The position numbers and the translations under genes were made by a program. Below the pieces are notes generated by a model. The model did not search any database, had not been told where the DNA came from, and saw nothing but the letters and a program-made list of their open reading frames with translations. A stretch of 63,994 nucleotides of DNA, counting the filler, from Basidiobolus ranarum (lineage: Eukaryota), in NCBI GenBank assembly GCA_040143965.1. It is 11 parts of 11 records of this genome, joined end to end, with 100 filler letters (N's around TTAATTAATTAA, not from the genome) between each part and the next. Parts side by side here need not be neighbours in the genome. Positions count along the whole stretch, not along the records: positions 58,471 to 63,994 come from JASJQH010001566.1; 10 more parts are not named here. One strand, 5' to 3'. Below, one piece after another: positions 63,695-63,994 of this stretch (positions within the stretch are counted from its first letter, which is position 1; every line of letters starts with the position of its first letter).

Positions 63695-63994
63695 TGATAA
63701 AATTGTTTAGGGGATTTGAAGTGTTTTGGACAAGATTTGGATTTGTGAGTTAGACACTTAAGTTTTATTTCATTGAATATGTCCTATTTATAGTTTACTA
63801 TTCAATAGGACTATTAGATCTGCTTTGATCACAACAAACATGCCTGTTAATCATGGGTAAAAATTTGAAGTTGTTTGGATAAGATTTGAGAAAATAGTGA
63901 AAATTGGTAAAAGTGAACTAATTGATATTTCTTTCAATTAGAGCAAAAAATACACATTTTTGAATGACAGAATTGAGTACTAAATAATCAGAGT
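63695..63994 (-). mobile_element. LTR of copia family B inserted in the transposase, cut by the window end
   Basis: Collinear with 42793-43090 from the shared TGATAAAA terminus; transposase similarity stops at about 63688. Confidence 0.8.

Overview
This is eukaryotic (fungal) DNA, not one locus. Eleven unrelated contigs of about 5.7 kb, in descending size order, are joined by artificial 100-bp spacers (N44-TTAATTAATTAA-N44), so nothing can be linked across a spacer. Short spliceosomal introns, GH72, GH16, an AA11-type LPMO, an EF-like (EFL) GTPase and several bacterial-looking genes suggest an early-diverging fungus; Basidiobolus-like is my inference, not proven. Recognisable genes: OPT transporter, EFL (5' end), Nvj2/TEX2-like SMP-PH protein, GH72, Pro/Lys-rich secreted proteins, LtrA, a secreted PLC/GDPD-like phosphodiesterase, GH16, a Derlin-like protein, a ChrR-like cupin, an LPMO, a DCAF6/8-like WD40 protein, RPL37, a PiT/Pho89 transporter, a secreted Cu/Zn SOD and tRNA-Thr(CGU). 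About a third of the window is decayed, strongly CpG-depleted Ty1/copia and CACTA-type transposon sequence. The best leads are: (1) a 64-aa secreted peptide with an exactly periodic CX3C-X6 cysteine ladder that the ORF track misses (26569-26862); (2) a roughly 530-nt helix-rich candidate ncRNA on the minus strand (about 2375-2910); (3) three intron-bearing genes of bacterial appearance; (4) a two-ORF head-to-head CACTA-like transposon family; (5) a solo LTR flanked by a roughly 155-bp duplication; (6) a mitochondrial-type SSU rRNA fragment fused to an LTR.
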